A DNA stretch of 64,000 nucleotides from Minisyncoccota bacterium (GCA_018063165.1 JAGOQU010000002.1:77471-141470); one strand, 5' to 3'. Numbered from the stretch's first letter, positions 19,503 through 28,538 are shown. Notes: generated by a model from the sequence alone, not told the origin. Program-made: numbers and translations.

Positions 19503-19531
19503 TTGACAATCTTTGTATAATTTAGTATAAT
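19503..19531 (+). promoter_or_regulatory. sigma70-type promoter upstream of secE-nusG
   Basis: TTGACA, 17 nt spacer, TATAAT: a perfect consensus. An additional TGTATAAT lies inside the spacer. Confidence 0.55.
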
Positions 19532-19598
19532 AGAGTTATACAAATGCCCACGGGGGTGTTTTTTAGAATAAGGGGTACAATAATTCTATTATATATTT

Positions 19599-19781
19599 AT
19601 GGACATTCTCAAATATCTCAAAGAAACAAAAGCTGAACTTAAAGAAGTTACTTTTCCAAGTCGCTCCCAGACAATCGTATATACTATGGTTGTTGTTGGT
19701 ATTTCTATACTTATTGCAGTAGTGCTTAGTCTTACTGATTTTGGTCTTCGTGAAGCACTTACAAAAATACTCTCTCGTTAA
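19599..19781 (+). CDS. secE: preprotein translocase subunit SecE
   Basis: 60 aa with a single transmembrane helix, positioned directly upstream of nusG. Confidence 0.75.
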   Translation: MDILKYLKETKAELKEVTFPSRSQTIVYTMVVVGISILIAVVLSLTDFGLREALTKILSR

Positions 19782-19807
19782 TTTTATAAATAACTCTTTT
19801 TAAATAT

Positions 19808-20353
19808 ATGGCTAAACAAGAATTTACGGGTGATCGTCACTGGTATGCTATTCATACATACAGTGGATATGAAAACGCAGTGCTTCGTAACTTAAAACAA
19901 CGTATTGAATCTCTTCAGATGGAAGATAAGATATTTGCTGTTGTTGTTCCTACTGAAAAGAAAATTAAAGTAAAGGGGACAAAACGAGTTGAAGTAGAAG
20001 AAAAAATATATCCAGGATATATTCTTGTGGATATGATTGTAGATGATAATAGTTGGTATGTTGTCCGCAATACACCACGAGTAACTGGATTCGTTGGGGC
20101 AGGAACTACACCAGTGCCACTAAGACAAGAAGAAATAGATTTTCTCTTTAGTCGTATGAATAATGGTGAAGTTGAACATGATATTTCTGTGGTAGTTGGA
20201 GAACTTGTGGGTATTATAGACGGACCTTTTAAAGATTTTGAAGGAAAAGTAAGTGAAGTTGATAAGGCTCGTGGTAAGTTAAAGGTTCTAGTTAACATGT
20301 TTGGACGAGAAACACCTGTTGAGCTAGACTTCCTTCAAATTAAGAAAGTTTAA
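19808..20353 (+). CDS. nusG: transcription termination/antitermination factor NusG
   Basis: 181 aa. NGN domain (WYAIHTYSGYENAV) and a C-terminal KOW region (GELVGIIDGPFKDFEGKV). Confidence 0.85.
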   Translation: MAKQEFTGDRHWYAIHTYSGYENAVLRNLKQRIESLQMEDKIFAVVVPTEKKIKVKGTKRVEVEEKIYPGYILVDMIVDDNSWYVVRNTPRVTGFVGAGTTPVPLRQEEIDFLFSRMNNGEVEHDISVVVGELVGIIDGPFKDFEGKVSEVDKARGKLKVLVNMFGRETPVELDFLQIKKV

Positions 20354-20552
20354 AAAATCATAAATCACTTCATCTACTTCGTTACAGAAAATTTTCCCTC
20401 CCGCGATTGAATCAGCAGATTCACGGCCTAGCTGTAAATAAATCTCTTGGTCGTAAAAATTTCTGTGCCTTGTAGCTAAAGCAATTTCTGACTTTTCGGA
20501 AATAGGAAATATTCTCTTTGAAATAAAAAAAGTGAAGAAAATAGTTTAAAAG

Positions 20553-20590
20553 ATATGAGCCTTTGTAAGAAGGCTCATATCTTTTTATGG
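20553..20590 (+). terminator. rho-independent terminator
   Basis: 11 bp stem AGATATGAGCC / GGCTCATATCT, then TTTTTAT. Confidence 0.6.
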
Positions 20591-20628
20591 TATAATCCAG
20601 AGTGGAACTAACTTACAAGGAGAAAGTA

Positions 20629-20835
20629 ATGAAAGATTTAGATCTTACTGGTTTAGAAAAAAATAACCCCGTTGCAGATATCTCAGAGGTGGTTCCTGAT
20701 ATAAAACGTACAAATTTTGTTTCTATAGAAGATCTACCATCAAATGAAGTTATTTTGGAACGCGCAAAAATTTCAAAAAAGCGTTTTTACAGAAATGTTA
20801 AGGCTTTTATTGATAGCATGCCAAAGCCTAAGTAG
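20629..20835 (+). CDS. hypothetical small protein
   Basis: 68 aa from the internal ATG, which is preceded by AAGGAG. The track ORF begins at 20602. Confidence 0.35.
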   Translation: MKDLDLTGLEKNNPVADISEVVPDIKRTNFVSIEDLPSNEVILERAKISKKRFYRNVKAFIDSMPKPK

Positions 20836-20988
20836 TAACTACTTTTAAATTAGAACGGTCAAAGAAGATAGTTGAAGCAAGGGGTATACTGTTAAGTTAT
20901 AAGAATTGAATTAAATAGTTTTATGAATACGCCAAAACTCTGTTTTTGGCCTATTTTTATGCTTAAAATAAAACCACTATTAATTGCC

Positions 20989-21017
20989 TTGAAATGATTA
21001 AAGAAACGTGTTAGAAT
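20989..21017 (+). promoter_or_regulatory. sigma70-type promoter upstream of rplK
   Basis: TTGAAA, 17 nt spacer, TAGAAT. Confidence 0.45.
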
Positions 21018-21034
21018 GACTAAACTTTAAATAT

Positions 21035-21448
21035 ATGGCTAAGAAAATTACAAAATACGTTAAGGTTCAGATTGAAGCAGCAAAAGCTACTCCTGCTCCA
21101 CCACTTGGTCCTGCACTCGGACAGGCTGGTGTACAGATTGGTGATTTCGTTAATAAATTTAACGCTGCAACTCAAGGACAAACAGGAAGAATGTCAGTTA
21201 AGATTTATGTGTATGAAGATCGTACATACGACTTTGTTATTAAGACTCCTACTGCTACATCACTTGTTATGAAAGCTGCAAATGTTGCAAAAGGTAATTC
21301 AAAAGGAAAAGCTGGAACAATTTCAAAGGAAAAAATCCGCGAAATTGCAACACTTAAACTTAAAGACCTAACAGCTCATACTGTAGAACAGGGAATGAAG
21401 ATTATCGAAGGTACAGCTCGTTCAGCAGGAATCGCTGTTGTAGCATAA
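21035..21448 (+). CDS. rplK: 50S ribosomal protein L11
   Basis: 137 aa. PPLGPALGQAGVQIGDFVNKFN is the L11 signature. Confidence 0.9.
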   Translation: MAKKITKYVKVQIEAAKATPAPPLGPALGQAGVQIGDFVNKFNAATQGQTGRMSVKIYVYEDRTYDFVIKTPTATSLVMKAANVAKGNSKGKAGTISKEKIREIATLKLKDLTAHTVEQGMKIIEGTARSAGIAVVA

Positions 21449-21465
21449 CCCTCTATCTCTAGAAA

Positions 21466-21497
21466 CAAAAAACCGCATAGTTGCGGTTTTTTGTTTT
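21466..21497 (+). terminator. rho-independent terminator after rplK
   Basis: AAACCGCATAGTTGCGGTTTTTTGTTTT. Confidence 0.7.
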
Positions 21498-21563
21498 GCA
21501 GTGTAGGATTGTCATAGCCCTGGAAACAGGATTACTGTTATTTACAAAGAAAGAGATAGTTCT

Positions 21564-22676
21564 ATGCATAAAATATCTGGTGTGTTTAGCAAAGCAGATT
21601 TTGAGCGTTTGATTTGTTCTAGGCGAATTAAGACACTTAAAGGTTTCAAAGAGGACCATCTTAATCCTGCTTCTCTTGATATTACAACAACAGGAGAAGT
21701 TTTTCGTATTAACCGTCTACTCCAACCAAGTCAACTTGAAAATGAGACAGTTAGAAGTCTACTTTCAAAGATGGAAGCAGATCAAGTTCATGTTGGATCT
21801 GTTATGGAAGTTGGTGCTACATATTTAGCAAAAGCTAGTATAGATATTAACTTTCCTCCTGGTATGTATGGATATTTGAATGCAAAATCAAGCTGTGGAA
21901 GGAATTTTCTTTTCGTGAGATCTCTTGCTGACGGTATTCATGAATTTGATTCCGTTGATAGAAGAAATCATGGATATACAGGGGAATTGTGGCTTGTTAT
22001 CCAACCACTTGCTTTTCCTGTAATTCTTTCTGATAAAGAATGTTACAATCAACTTCGTGTTTTTGATGCTGATACTCGTTTTAGTAAAACTGATCTAGAA
22101 CAACTTCTTTGCGAAAGAGATATTTTATATAGGCGTAATCAGGAGCCATATAAACAAGGTGAGCTTTCTCTTTTTACTAATGATGGTTCTGTACTTTGTA
22201 CGTTAGATGCTTTACCAAAGAAACATGTTGGATATAAAGCAAAAAGTACAAATGTACCAATAGATCTTACAAAAAGAAAATCACTTAACCCTCATGATTT
22301 TTTCGATCCAGTGATTGCAGAATCTTTTGGTGAAGGGAAATATGATGGTTTTGTGCATGTTGAGGCTGGTCATCATTATTTACTTGCTACAAATGAGATG
22401 CTTAAAATTTCTGTTGACTATACAGCAGAATTAACAGCGCTTGACCCTCGTCTAGGTTTCTTTTTTACCCATTTTGCAGGTTTTTTTGATCCTGGCTTTT
22501 TTGGAACAGGAACGTTAGAAGTGTTTGCACCTCATAATACATTTCTTAGACACAAACAACCTCTTGCGCGCTTTGTTTTTGAGAAAATGAAAAATAAAGC
22601 ACCATCGTATGCAGATAATGGTAACTATAGTGGTCAAATCGAAACACAATTACCAAAACAGTTCGCTGATTGGTAG
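21564..22676 (+). CDS. dcd: 2'-deoxycytidine 5'-triphosphate deaminase, long (about 365 aa) form
   Basis: 370 aa. The C-terminal half (HFAGFFDPGFFGTGTLEVFAPHN) and AKSSCGRN align to Dcd motifs (GRSSLAR and DPGW.G...LE). The length matches the long-form Dcd family. Confidence 0.55.
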   Translation: MHKISGVFSKADFERLICSRRIKTLKGFKEDHLNPASLDITTTGEVFRINRLLQPSQLENETVRSLLSKMEADQVHVGSVMEVGATYLAKASIDINFPPGMYGYLNAKSSCGRNFLFVRSLADGIHEFDSVDRRNHGYTGELWLVIQPLAFPVILSDKECYNQLRVFDADTRFSKTDLEQLLCERDILYRRNQEPYKQGELSLFTNDGSVLCTLDALPKKHVGYKAKSTNVPIDLTKRKSLNPHDFFDPVIAESFGEGKYDGFVHVEAGHHYLLATNEMLKISVDYTAELTALDPRLGFFFTHFAGFFDPGFFGTGTLEVFAPHNTFLRHKQPLARFVFEKMKNKAPSYADNGNYSGQIETQLPKQFADW

Positions 22677-22680
22677 TATA

Positions 22681-22712
22681 AAAAAAACGGTCCTCGGACC
22701 GTTTTTTATTTT
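22681..22712 (+). terminator. rho-independent terminator
   Basis: AAAAAAACGGTCCTCGGACCGTTTTTTATTTT. Confidence 0.7.
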
Positions 22713-22724
22713 TGATATACTATA

Positions 22725-23147
22725 GTGATGAAACTTAAAATTAAAAAATTATACGAAAATACAAAATTACCAACACGAGCTCATCATGATGATGCTGGAA
22801 CTGATATGTATGCACAAGGTGATCACATTGTAGAACCTCACACAACTGTTGTAATTCCAACAGGTGTTGCTATGGAATTAGAAAAAGGATATGTGTCACT
22901 TATTTGGGATAAATCTTCAGTTGGATCAAAAGGTATTAAGACATTGGGTGGAGTGATTGATGCAGGGTATCGTGGGGAATATAAAATCATTGTTCATAAT
23001 TTGAATAACGAAGCATATACGTTTACACATGGAGATAAGGTTGCACAACTCCTCGTACAAAAAGTTGAATTTCCAGAACTTGAGGAGGTTGTTGAACTTA
23101 ATGATTCGACACGTGGAGAAGGGGGTTTTGGAAGTACAGGGAAGTAA
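22725..23147 (+). CDS. dut: dUTP diphosphatase
   Basis: 140 aa. AGTDMYA, GVIDAGYRGE and the C-terminal RGEGGFGSTG dUTPase motifs. Confidence 0.85.
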   Translation: MMKLKIKKLYENTKLPTRAHHDDAGTDMYAQGDHIVEPHTTVVIPTGVAMELEKGYVSLIWDKSSVGSKGIKTLGGVIDAGYRGEYKIIVHNLNNEAYTFTHGDKVAQLLVQKVEFPELEEVVELNDSTRGEGGFGSTGK

Positions 23148-23231
23148 CCTCTGCTATTTCTTATTGTTTTAAAGTGTGTAATAAAGAAAAATAAAAAAGC
23201 GATACGTGTACACGTATCGCTTTTGCTGTTT

Positions 23232-24182
23232 TTAAGTCAGAAGAGTCGCACCAATTTTTCCTTGATTCTTATAGTCAATGATTCGAATATCATCCATGGT
23301 AAAAGAGTCTATGTCTTTTATTTCTGGATTAAGCCAAAGTTTAGGTCCTTTGTTAGGAGTTCTTTCTAATTGTTTATTTACAGCTTTTAGATGTCCGTTT
23401 TTCCATACAGGTTTTTTTTCTGCATCAAGACCTGCAAGGTAAATATGACAGTCTTCAAGTGTAATAACAAGCTCCCCAGGAATCATTCCTACACACTGAG
23501 CAACCATGTGATTTAGCATTGCATAACTTGCAATATTGAAAGGTTCTCCAAGAAACATATCACATGACCGTTGATCCATTGAAGTATCAAGATACATTTT
23601 CTTATCGCGTCTATGGCTTGGTCTTACAAAGAATTGCATCTTCATATGGCACGGAGGTAAACACATGTCATCAAGTTCTCCGGGGTTCCATGCATTAACA
23701 ACATGATAACGCATGAAAGGGTCTTCTTTTAACTGTCGTATTACTTTTGCTAATTGATCAATTGAATTACCTTCTGTTGTTTTCCAATCTCTCCATTGTG
23801 CACCGTAAATACGACCGCAGTCTCCTTCGAATTGAGCTCTACCTTTTTTTGCAAAATTTAACTGATCTCCAGTCCACACATTTTTTGCATTAGAAGGTTT
23901 ACCCATTAACTCATTGAATTTTGCTATAGATAGTCTGCCTCCGGTTTCTTTACCTGCATCAAGTAACCAAAGAAGTTCTGCTTTAATAACTTCAAAAGCT
24001 GTAAACTTTGTAGTTATAAGAGGAAAGTTTTTTTGTAAATCAAAGCGCATTTGATGTGCAAAAATTGCAGTGGTAATACCATTGCGACCTTTTCGTCTTG
24101 TTCCTTCTCTTTTTATTTTTCTAAGTACCTCTAGATATTCATCTTCATTTGGGTTAATTCTCGGTATTAATGTAATCATCAT
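23232..24182 (-). CDS. thyA: thymidylate synthase (ThyA family)
   Basis: PPCHMKMQFFV and QRSCDMFLGEPFNIASYAMLNHMVAQ are near-identical to the E. coli ThyA active-site region. The start was moved to an internal ATG preceded by GGAGG, because the track ORF has a 25 aa N-terminal extension. Confidence 0.8.
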   Translation of the reverse strand: MMITLIPRINPNEDEYLEVLRKIKREGTRRKGRNGITTAIFAHQMRFDLQKNFPLITTKFTAFEVIKAELLWLLDAGKETGGRLSIAKFNELMGKPSNAKNVWTGDQLNFAKKGRAQFEGDCGRIYGAQWRDWKTTEGNSIDQLAKVIRQLKEDPFMRYHVVNAWNPGELDDMCLPPCHMKMQFFVRPSHRRDKKMYLDTSMDQRSCDMFLGEPFNIASYAMLNHMVAQCVGMIPGELVITLEDCHIYLAGLDAEKKPVWKNGHLKAVNKQLERTPNKGPKLWLNPEIKDIDSFTMDDIRIIDYKNQGKIGATLLT

Positions 24183-24354
24183 TTTTCCTCCAAAAAGTTT
24201 ATGTAAAGAACTGGTGTATACCAAACAAACTCTACATGTTTTTTGTCTTTGAAGCAACTCTATGTTTTATTTGTTATATTTTCTTTTTATTTTTAAAACT
24301 ATTGTGTTAGTATATGCTTCTAAACTATCGTTCTTTTACATATAAGGAGATGTG

Positions 24355-25050
24355 ATGAAAACTGGAAAAGTAGGAAAACGCACAAGGTTAATTTTAATAG
24401 AAGGAGATGACGTTTCTTCTAAAGAAAAACAAACAAAACTCTTAGTTAACCAGCTTCGAAAAGAAAAATACACAGTTGCAAATATTTCTTTTCCTTACTA
24501 CATACAAACATTTACAGAGTCTTTTAACGGAAAACCAGAAACCAGATTTTCACCATTTGATTATTCAGAGGTTTATAAAGATGAAGCAAAAACCTTTTGC
24601 ACTTCTAAAGGAGAAGATTTTGCATCTTGTTTAGAAGCTTTAATTAAAGAAAATGACATAGTTGTTTTTGATAGATATATTGAATCTAATTTACTTTTTT
24701 ATGGTTCTCAGATTTTAATGGATATTGATAAAATTAATTTTGCTCATTATCTGTTTAATGCTGAATATAAAATTAGCAAGATGCCAAAACTTTCTGATGT
24801 GGTGTATCTTTCTGTTCCTTGGAGTCTTATGCATAAAAGATTTTTATTAAAAAATCCTCATATAGATACTTCTTCTGAACAAGTAAAGAATGACATTGAA
24901 GCAATAAAAAAACAATATGAATCTGGGAATTTTTATTCTAAATTATTAGAATGGAAAATGGTTAGTTGCGTATCTGATTTTCGTGATCTTTCTGAAGAAG
25001 AGGTTCATAATCATATTATGGCTTTGTTAGGGTTTAGGTGCCATATTTAA
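24355..25050 (+). CDS. thymidylate kinase-like protein with degenerate P-loop
   Basis: LILIEGDDVSSKEKQ aligns to the Tmk P-loop (IEG.DGSGKTTQ) but reads GDDVSSKE. VVFDRYIESNLLFYGSQ matches the Tmk DRY motif. AAGGAG lies 5 nt upstream of the ATG. Confidence 0.5.
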   Translation: MKTGKVGKRTRLILIEGDDVSSKEKQTKLLVNQLRKEKYTVANISFPYYIQTFTESFNGKPETRFSPFDYSEVYKDEAKTFCTSKGEDFASCLEALIKENDIVVFDRYIESNLLFYGSQILMDIDKINFAHYLFNAEYKISKMPKLSDVVYLSVPWSLMHKRFLLKNPHIDTSSEQVKNDIEAIKKQYESGNFYSKLLEWKMVSCVSDFRDLSEEEVHNHIMALLGFRCHI

Positions 25051-25121
25051 TTTTTTTAAACCAATTTTACATAGTAAAATTGGTTTTTCTTTTTATTATT
25101 TTGAAAATAAGGTAGTATATA

Positions 25122-26825
25122 GTGATGAATGCTTATAATATAATAACGCAAGAAATAAAAAAAATAGTAGGTGAGGGTGTTGATTTTTCTGTTTCTATTT
25201 CAGAAGATTTTTCTCGAGGTGACTATTCAACAAATCTTGCTTTTGTTCTTGGTAAACAAAAAAGTATTACTCCGAATATGTGTGCTGAAGAACTTGTTCC
25301 AATTCTACAAGAAAAACTTATTGCTGTTGTAGAAAAAATAGAAGTTGCTGGACCTGGCTTTATTAATTTTTCTTTGAAGAAAGAAATTATAAGAGAAGAA
25401 ATTTTGAGATGTCAAAAATTAGAAACATTTACAACAAAATACACAGATAAAAAAGTTCTGGTTGAACACTCATCTCCAAATCTTTTTAAACCATTTAGTG
25501 TTGGTCTCCTTCTTAATCATATTGCTGGAGCATCACTTACCCATCTTATGAAAGCAGGGGGTGCAAAGGTTACAACAGTTTCATTCCCTTCAGATATTTC
25601 TATGGGTATTGCAAAAGCAGTGTACTCAATAAAAAAAGATGGTGGACTTTCTCAAGACATTTTTAATAAAAGTCAGGAAGAGGTTATTGCATATCTTGGC
25701 AGTGCATATACCCGAGGCGTCACATCATTTGATGAATCAGAGTCTGTACAAGGAGAAGTAAAAGAAATTGCAGAGAAACTCTATAGTGAAACACCAAGTG
25801 AAGAGTTCGATATTTTTGAAAAAGGGAAGAATATAAATGTTGCATATTTTGAACACATGCTTTCACTTCTTGGTTCACATTTTGACGGATTCATTTATGA
25901 AAGTGAAGCAGCTGTAGTTGGTAAAGAGATAGTACTTGCACGAGAGGACATATTTACTCATAGTGAAGGTGCTATTGTGTATATTCCAGACGAGGGGACA
26001 AAGGGTGTGCATACGGCAGTATTTATTAATAGTCAAAGGAATCCAACATATGAAGCAAAGGATCTTGGTCTCCTTCATATGAAATTTGAACGTTACACCC
26101 CGGACTATTCTTTTTTTGTTACCGATAATGAGCAAATCTCTCATTTTAATGTTGTGCTCGATGCTGCTTCAAAAATTGAAAAGAAATGGAAAGAGGTGAG
26201 CACTCATGTGTATCATGGTCGTATGACATTTAAGGGTCAGAAGATGTCGAGTAGACTTGGAGGCGTTCCTCTCGCACAAGAAATTTTGGATGTTGTTACA
26301 GACGAAGTAAAAGAAAGATCTGGTGAAAAAATAGATCATCTTACAGAAGAAGAAAAGAACGTCGTATACAAGCAGGTTGCGCTCGGAGCGCTTCGCTTCT
26401 CTATGCTCCGCTCGAAACTTGGTAGTTCAATTAATTTTGATCCAGAAACATCACTCTCATTTGAAGGAGATTCTGGTCCATATGTGCAGTACACCTATGC
26501 ACGAGGAGTATCACTTTTAGCAAAAGGAAAAGAATTAGGATTTTCACCATCGTATCATTCTGGAGAAGAAGTTACGATTCTTGAAAGAAAACTCATGCAG
26601 TGGGAAGGGGTTGCTTTGCGTGCCATAGAAGAAATAGCTCCTCAATATGTTGTAACTTATCTTTTTGAGCTTGCTCAGATGTTTAATAGTTTCTATGCAT
26701 CGACTCCAATTGTTGTAAAGGGTGATGATCTCTCAGAACATAGACTAGCTATTACAGAATCTGTAACGAAAGTGATTAAAAAAGCACTACACCTTCTCGC
26801 TGTTGAAGCACCAGAGAGAATGTAG
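25122..26825 (+). CDS. argS: arginine--tRNA ligase
   Basis: 567 aa with overall ArgRS architecture, a QKMSSR variant of KMSKS and a C-terminus ending APERM as in bacterial ArgRS. The HIGH position appears to read SVGL by eye. Confidence 0.75.
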   Translation: MMNAYNIITQEIKKIVGEGVDFSVSISEDFSRGDYSTNLAFVLGKQKSITPNMCAEELVPILQEKLIAVVEKIEVAGPGFINFSLKKEIIREEILRCQKLETFTTKYTDKKVLVEHSSPNLFKPFSVGLLLNHIAGASLTHLMKAGGAKVTTVSFPSDISMGIAKAVYSIKKDGGLSQDIFNKSQEEVIAYLGSAYTRGVTSFDESESVQGEVKEIAEKLYSETPSEEFDIFEKGKNINVAYFEHMLSLLGSHFDGFIYESEAAVVGKEIVLAREDIFTHSEGAIVYIPDEGTKGVHTAVFINSQRNPTYEAKDLGLLHMKFERYTPDYSFFVTDNEQISHFNVVLDAASKIEKKWKEVSTHVYHGRMTFKGQKMSSRLGGVPLAQEILDVVTDEVKERSGEKIDHLTEEEKNVVYKQVALGALRFSMLRSKLGSSINFDPETSLSFEGDSGPYVQYTYARGVSLLAKGKELGFSPSYHSGEEVTILERKLMQWEGVALRAIEEIAPQYVVTYLFELAQMFNSFYASTPIVVKGDDLSEHRLAITESVTKVIKKALHLLAVEAPERM

Positions 26826-28020
26826 ATCGTATAAGGATCCTTGAGAGTGGTTTTCTTCTGACGGATAAAGTGAATTATTATTGTTAATAAATACAATTAA
26901 TTTTCTATAAAAATGCTATTATTTAGTTATTAATTAAACTAAAAACTTGCATGAAAAATATTCTACTGAAATGGTTATTTATTTATTTGTCTCTTTTTCT
27001 TGGAACTTCTTCATCTTTTGCGATGGTGTGTACTGATCTTACAAAAACCCTCTCTAAAGGTTCAGAAAATAGTGAAGTATTGAAACTACAGCAATTCCTT
27101 TTTGATGGTGAATATTTAACTGCAAAACCAAATGGATATTTTGGAAATGGAACTGTTTCTGCGGTCAGGAAGTTTCAAAAAACAAATGGACTTTCACAAG
27201 TTGGTTTAGTTGGCCCTGGAACAAGGAATAAAATTAAAAGTTTAAGTTGCAGTAATAGTTCTAAAAATGAAACATTACTTATAAGTTTACCTCAAAATAA
27301 GAATAATATTCAAATTAAAGATAAGAAAATAACAGATAACTCTAAAATGATAACTGTATCAAAAGATTCTGATCTTATATACTTTCCTGTTCGTGAGCCT
27401 AGAGATAGTAACATAGATGGTGAAATAAAATCAATTGAAAATATTAAATATTATTTATTAGAGACATACAGAATGGAACCTTTTATTGTTTTTGAAGATT
27501 TCTTTACTCGTGCGATTGACTATAGGAAACTTACTCCTACAGGTGAAGCGTGTACAAGATTATTCGTAAGTAGTCAAAAAAGAGATTTTTATAAAGATAT
27601 CTCTTTATTAGATACAAAGAATTATCTTTTGAGTTTCCCAGAACTTAAAGCTCTAAGAGATATAAATCTTGAATATAAAAAGAACCCGAACAGTTTTAAT
27701 AAGCAACTTAAAGATAGTACACAAGATAGAGCTGAAAAATTCTTAAAAGAGAATGAACTAAAACTTAATGAAACATTTGATCAAAAGTATCTAGCGAGTA
27801 TTCGGTCTTCATATGAAAAATTTGCATCTAGTTATAATACGGATCTATTTAATTCTTGTAGGATTGATAAAAATGGACCACCCATAAAAGTAAATTTTGT
27901 TATTTCTAATAGAGATTTTGGCAGTATTCTTAATTTAAATACTCTTTTAAAGTATATTCTTGAAGATGGAATAATTTAGTTTTTTAAATCTTTAAAAAGT
28001 TTTTCTTCCTAGTTTCTTTA
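26826..28020 (+). mobile_element. putative integrated segment flanked by direct repeats of the argS 3' end (no integrase present)
   Basis: The 1.2 kb between argS and a 95 percent identical in-frame copy of its last 180 bp carries a single secreted peptidoglycan-binding protein gene. Confidence 0.35.
26951..27979 (+). CDS. secreted protein with peptidoglycan-binding (PG_binding_1-like) domain
   Basis: Signal peptide. LKLQQFL ... GYFGNGTVSAVRKFQKTNGLSQVGLVGPGT matches the PG_binding_1 repeat. Confidence 0.5.
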   Translation: MKNILLKWLFIYLSLFLGTSSSFAMVCTDLTKTLSKGSENSEVLKLQQFLFDGEYLTAKPNGYFGNGTVSAVRKFQKTNGLSQVGLVGPGTRNKIKSLSCSNSSKNETLLISLPQNKNNIQIKDKKITDNSKMITVSKDSDLIYFPVREPRDSNIDGEIKSIENIKYYLLETYRMEPFIVFEDFFTRAIDYRKLTPTGEACTRLFVSSQKRDFYKDISLLDTKNYLLSFPELKALRDINLEYKKNPNSFNKQLKDSTQDRAEKFLKENELKLNETFDQKYLASIRSSYEKFASSYNTDLFNSCRIDKNGPPIKVNFVISNRDFGSILNLNTLLKYILEDGII

Positions 28021-28021
28021 G

Positions 28022-28201
28022 TATGTTGTGACCTATCTTTTTGAGCTTGCTCAGATGTTTAATAGTTTCTATGCATCGACTCCAATTGTTGTAGAGGGTG
28101 ATGATCTCTCAGAACATAGACTAGCTATTACAGAATCAGTTACGAAGGTTATTAAAAAAGCACTATACCTTCTCGCTGTTGAAGCACCAGAGAGAATGTG
28201 A
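28022..28201 (+). pseudogene. duplicated 3' fragment of argS (last 59 codons plus stop), no start codon
   Basis: Near-identical to 26646..26825. It is in frame and ends ERM followed by TGA. Six of the eight codon differences are synonymous. Confidence 0.7.
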
Positions 28202-28216
28202 TTTCTTGGCTGAATT

Positions 28217-28353
28217 CCTGGCCAAGAAATCACTTCCAAGCGTAAGCGTTAGGAAGTAAATTTCTTGTCTTAATTTAGAGAAGTGTATTGCTAGTTTCCC
28301 TGGCCAAGAAATCACTTCCAAGCGTAAGCATTAGGAAGTAAATTTCTTGTCTT
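28217..28353 (+). repeat. two copies of a 54 bp hairpin-forming direct repeat (units 28217..28270 and 28309..28353)
   Basis: Unit CCTGGCCAAGAAATCACTTCCAAGCGTAAGCGTTAGGAAGTAAATTTCTTGTCTT contains an internal inverted repeat (AAGAAATCACTTCC / GGAAGTAAATTTCTT). An extra inverted repeat lies at 28200..28231. Confidence 0.6.
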
Positions 28354-28498
28354 GTCCTAATTTTGATGTTTTTTCTCTTGCACCATTATTATTTTCTGTT
28401 AGTATTAAGTAATAAGAGATACGTTGAAGGAATTAATCACTCCTGAGTATGGGAAGAACCTGACATCTCGTCACAAGTAGAACCCGAGTAAATGAGTT

Positions 28499-28538
28499 GG
28501 ATGGTATTTTTTGAAATGCATTTCAAAAAATACCATCC
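28499..28538 (+). promoter_or_regulatory. perfect 40 bp palindrome in the ileS leader
   Basis: GGATGGTATTTTTTGAAATG followed by its exact reverse complement CATTTCAAAAAATACCATCC. Confidence 0.6.

Noticed and set aside
20354-20550. About 200 bp ORF-free interval after nusG as an L1/L11-type leader or sRNA
   Set aside because: No recognisable conserved leader structure by eye. It is bounded by a terminator at 20553, so it is probably just the 3' UTR.
23232-24257. ThyA-like gene as a dCMP/dUMP hydroxymethylase for DNA hypermodification
   Set aside because: The active-site region is near-identical to canonical ThyA (PCH...QF[FY]V, QRSCD.FLG.PFNIASYA). The neighbouring dcd, dut and tmk fit ordinary dTTP synthesis. 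It cannot be excluded without phylogeny.
28217-28353. Direct repeats upstream of ileS as a CRISPR array
   Set aside because: There are only two copies, separated by 92 bp of sequence that is partly related. The units are long at 54 bp and self-complementary. No cas genes are present.
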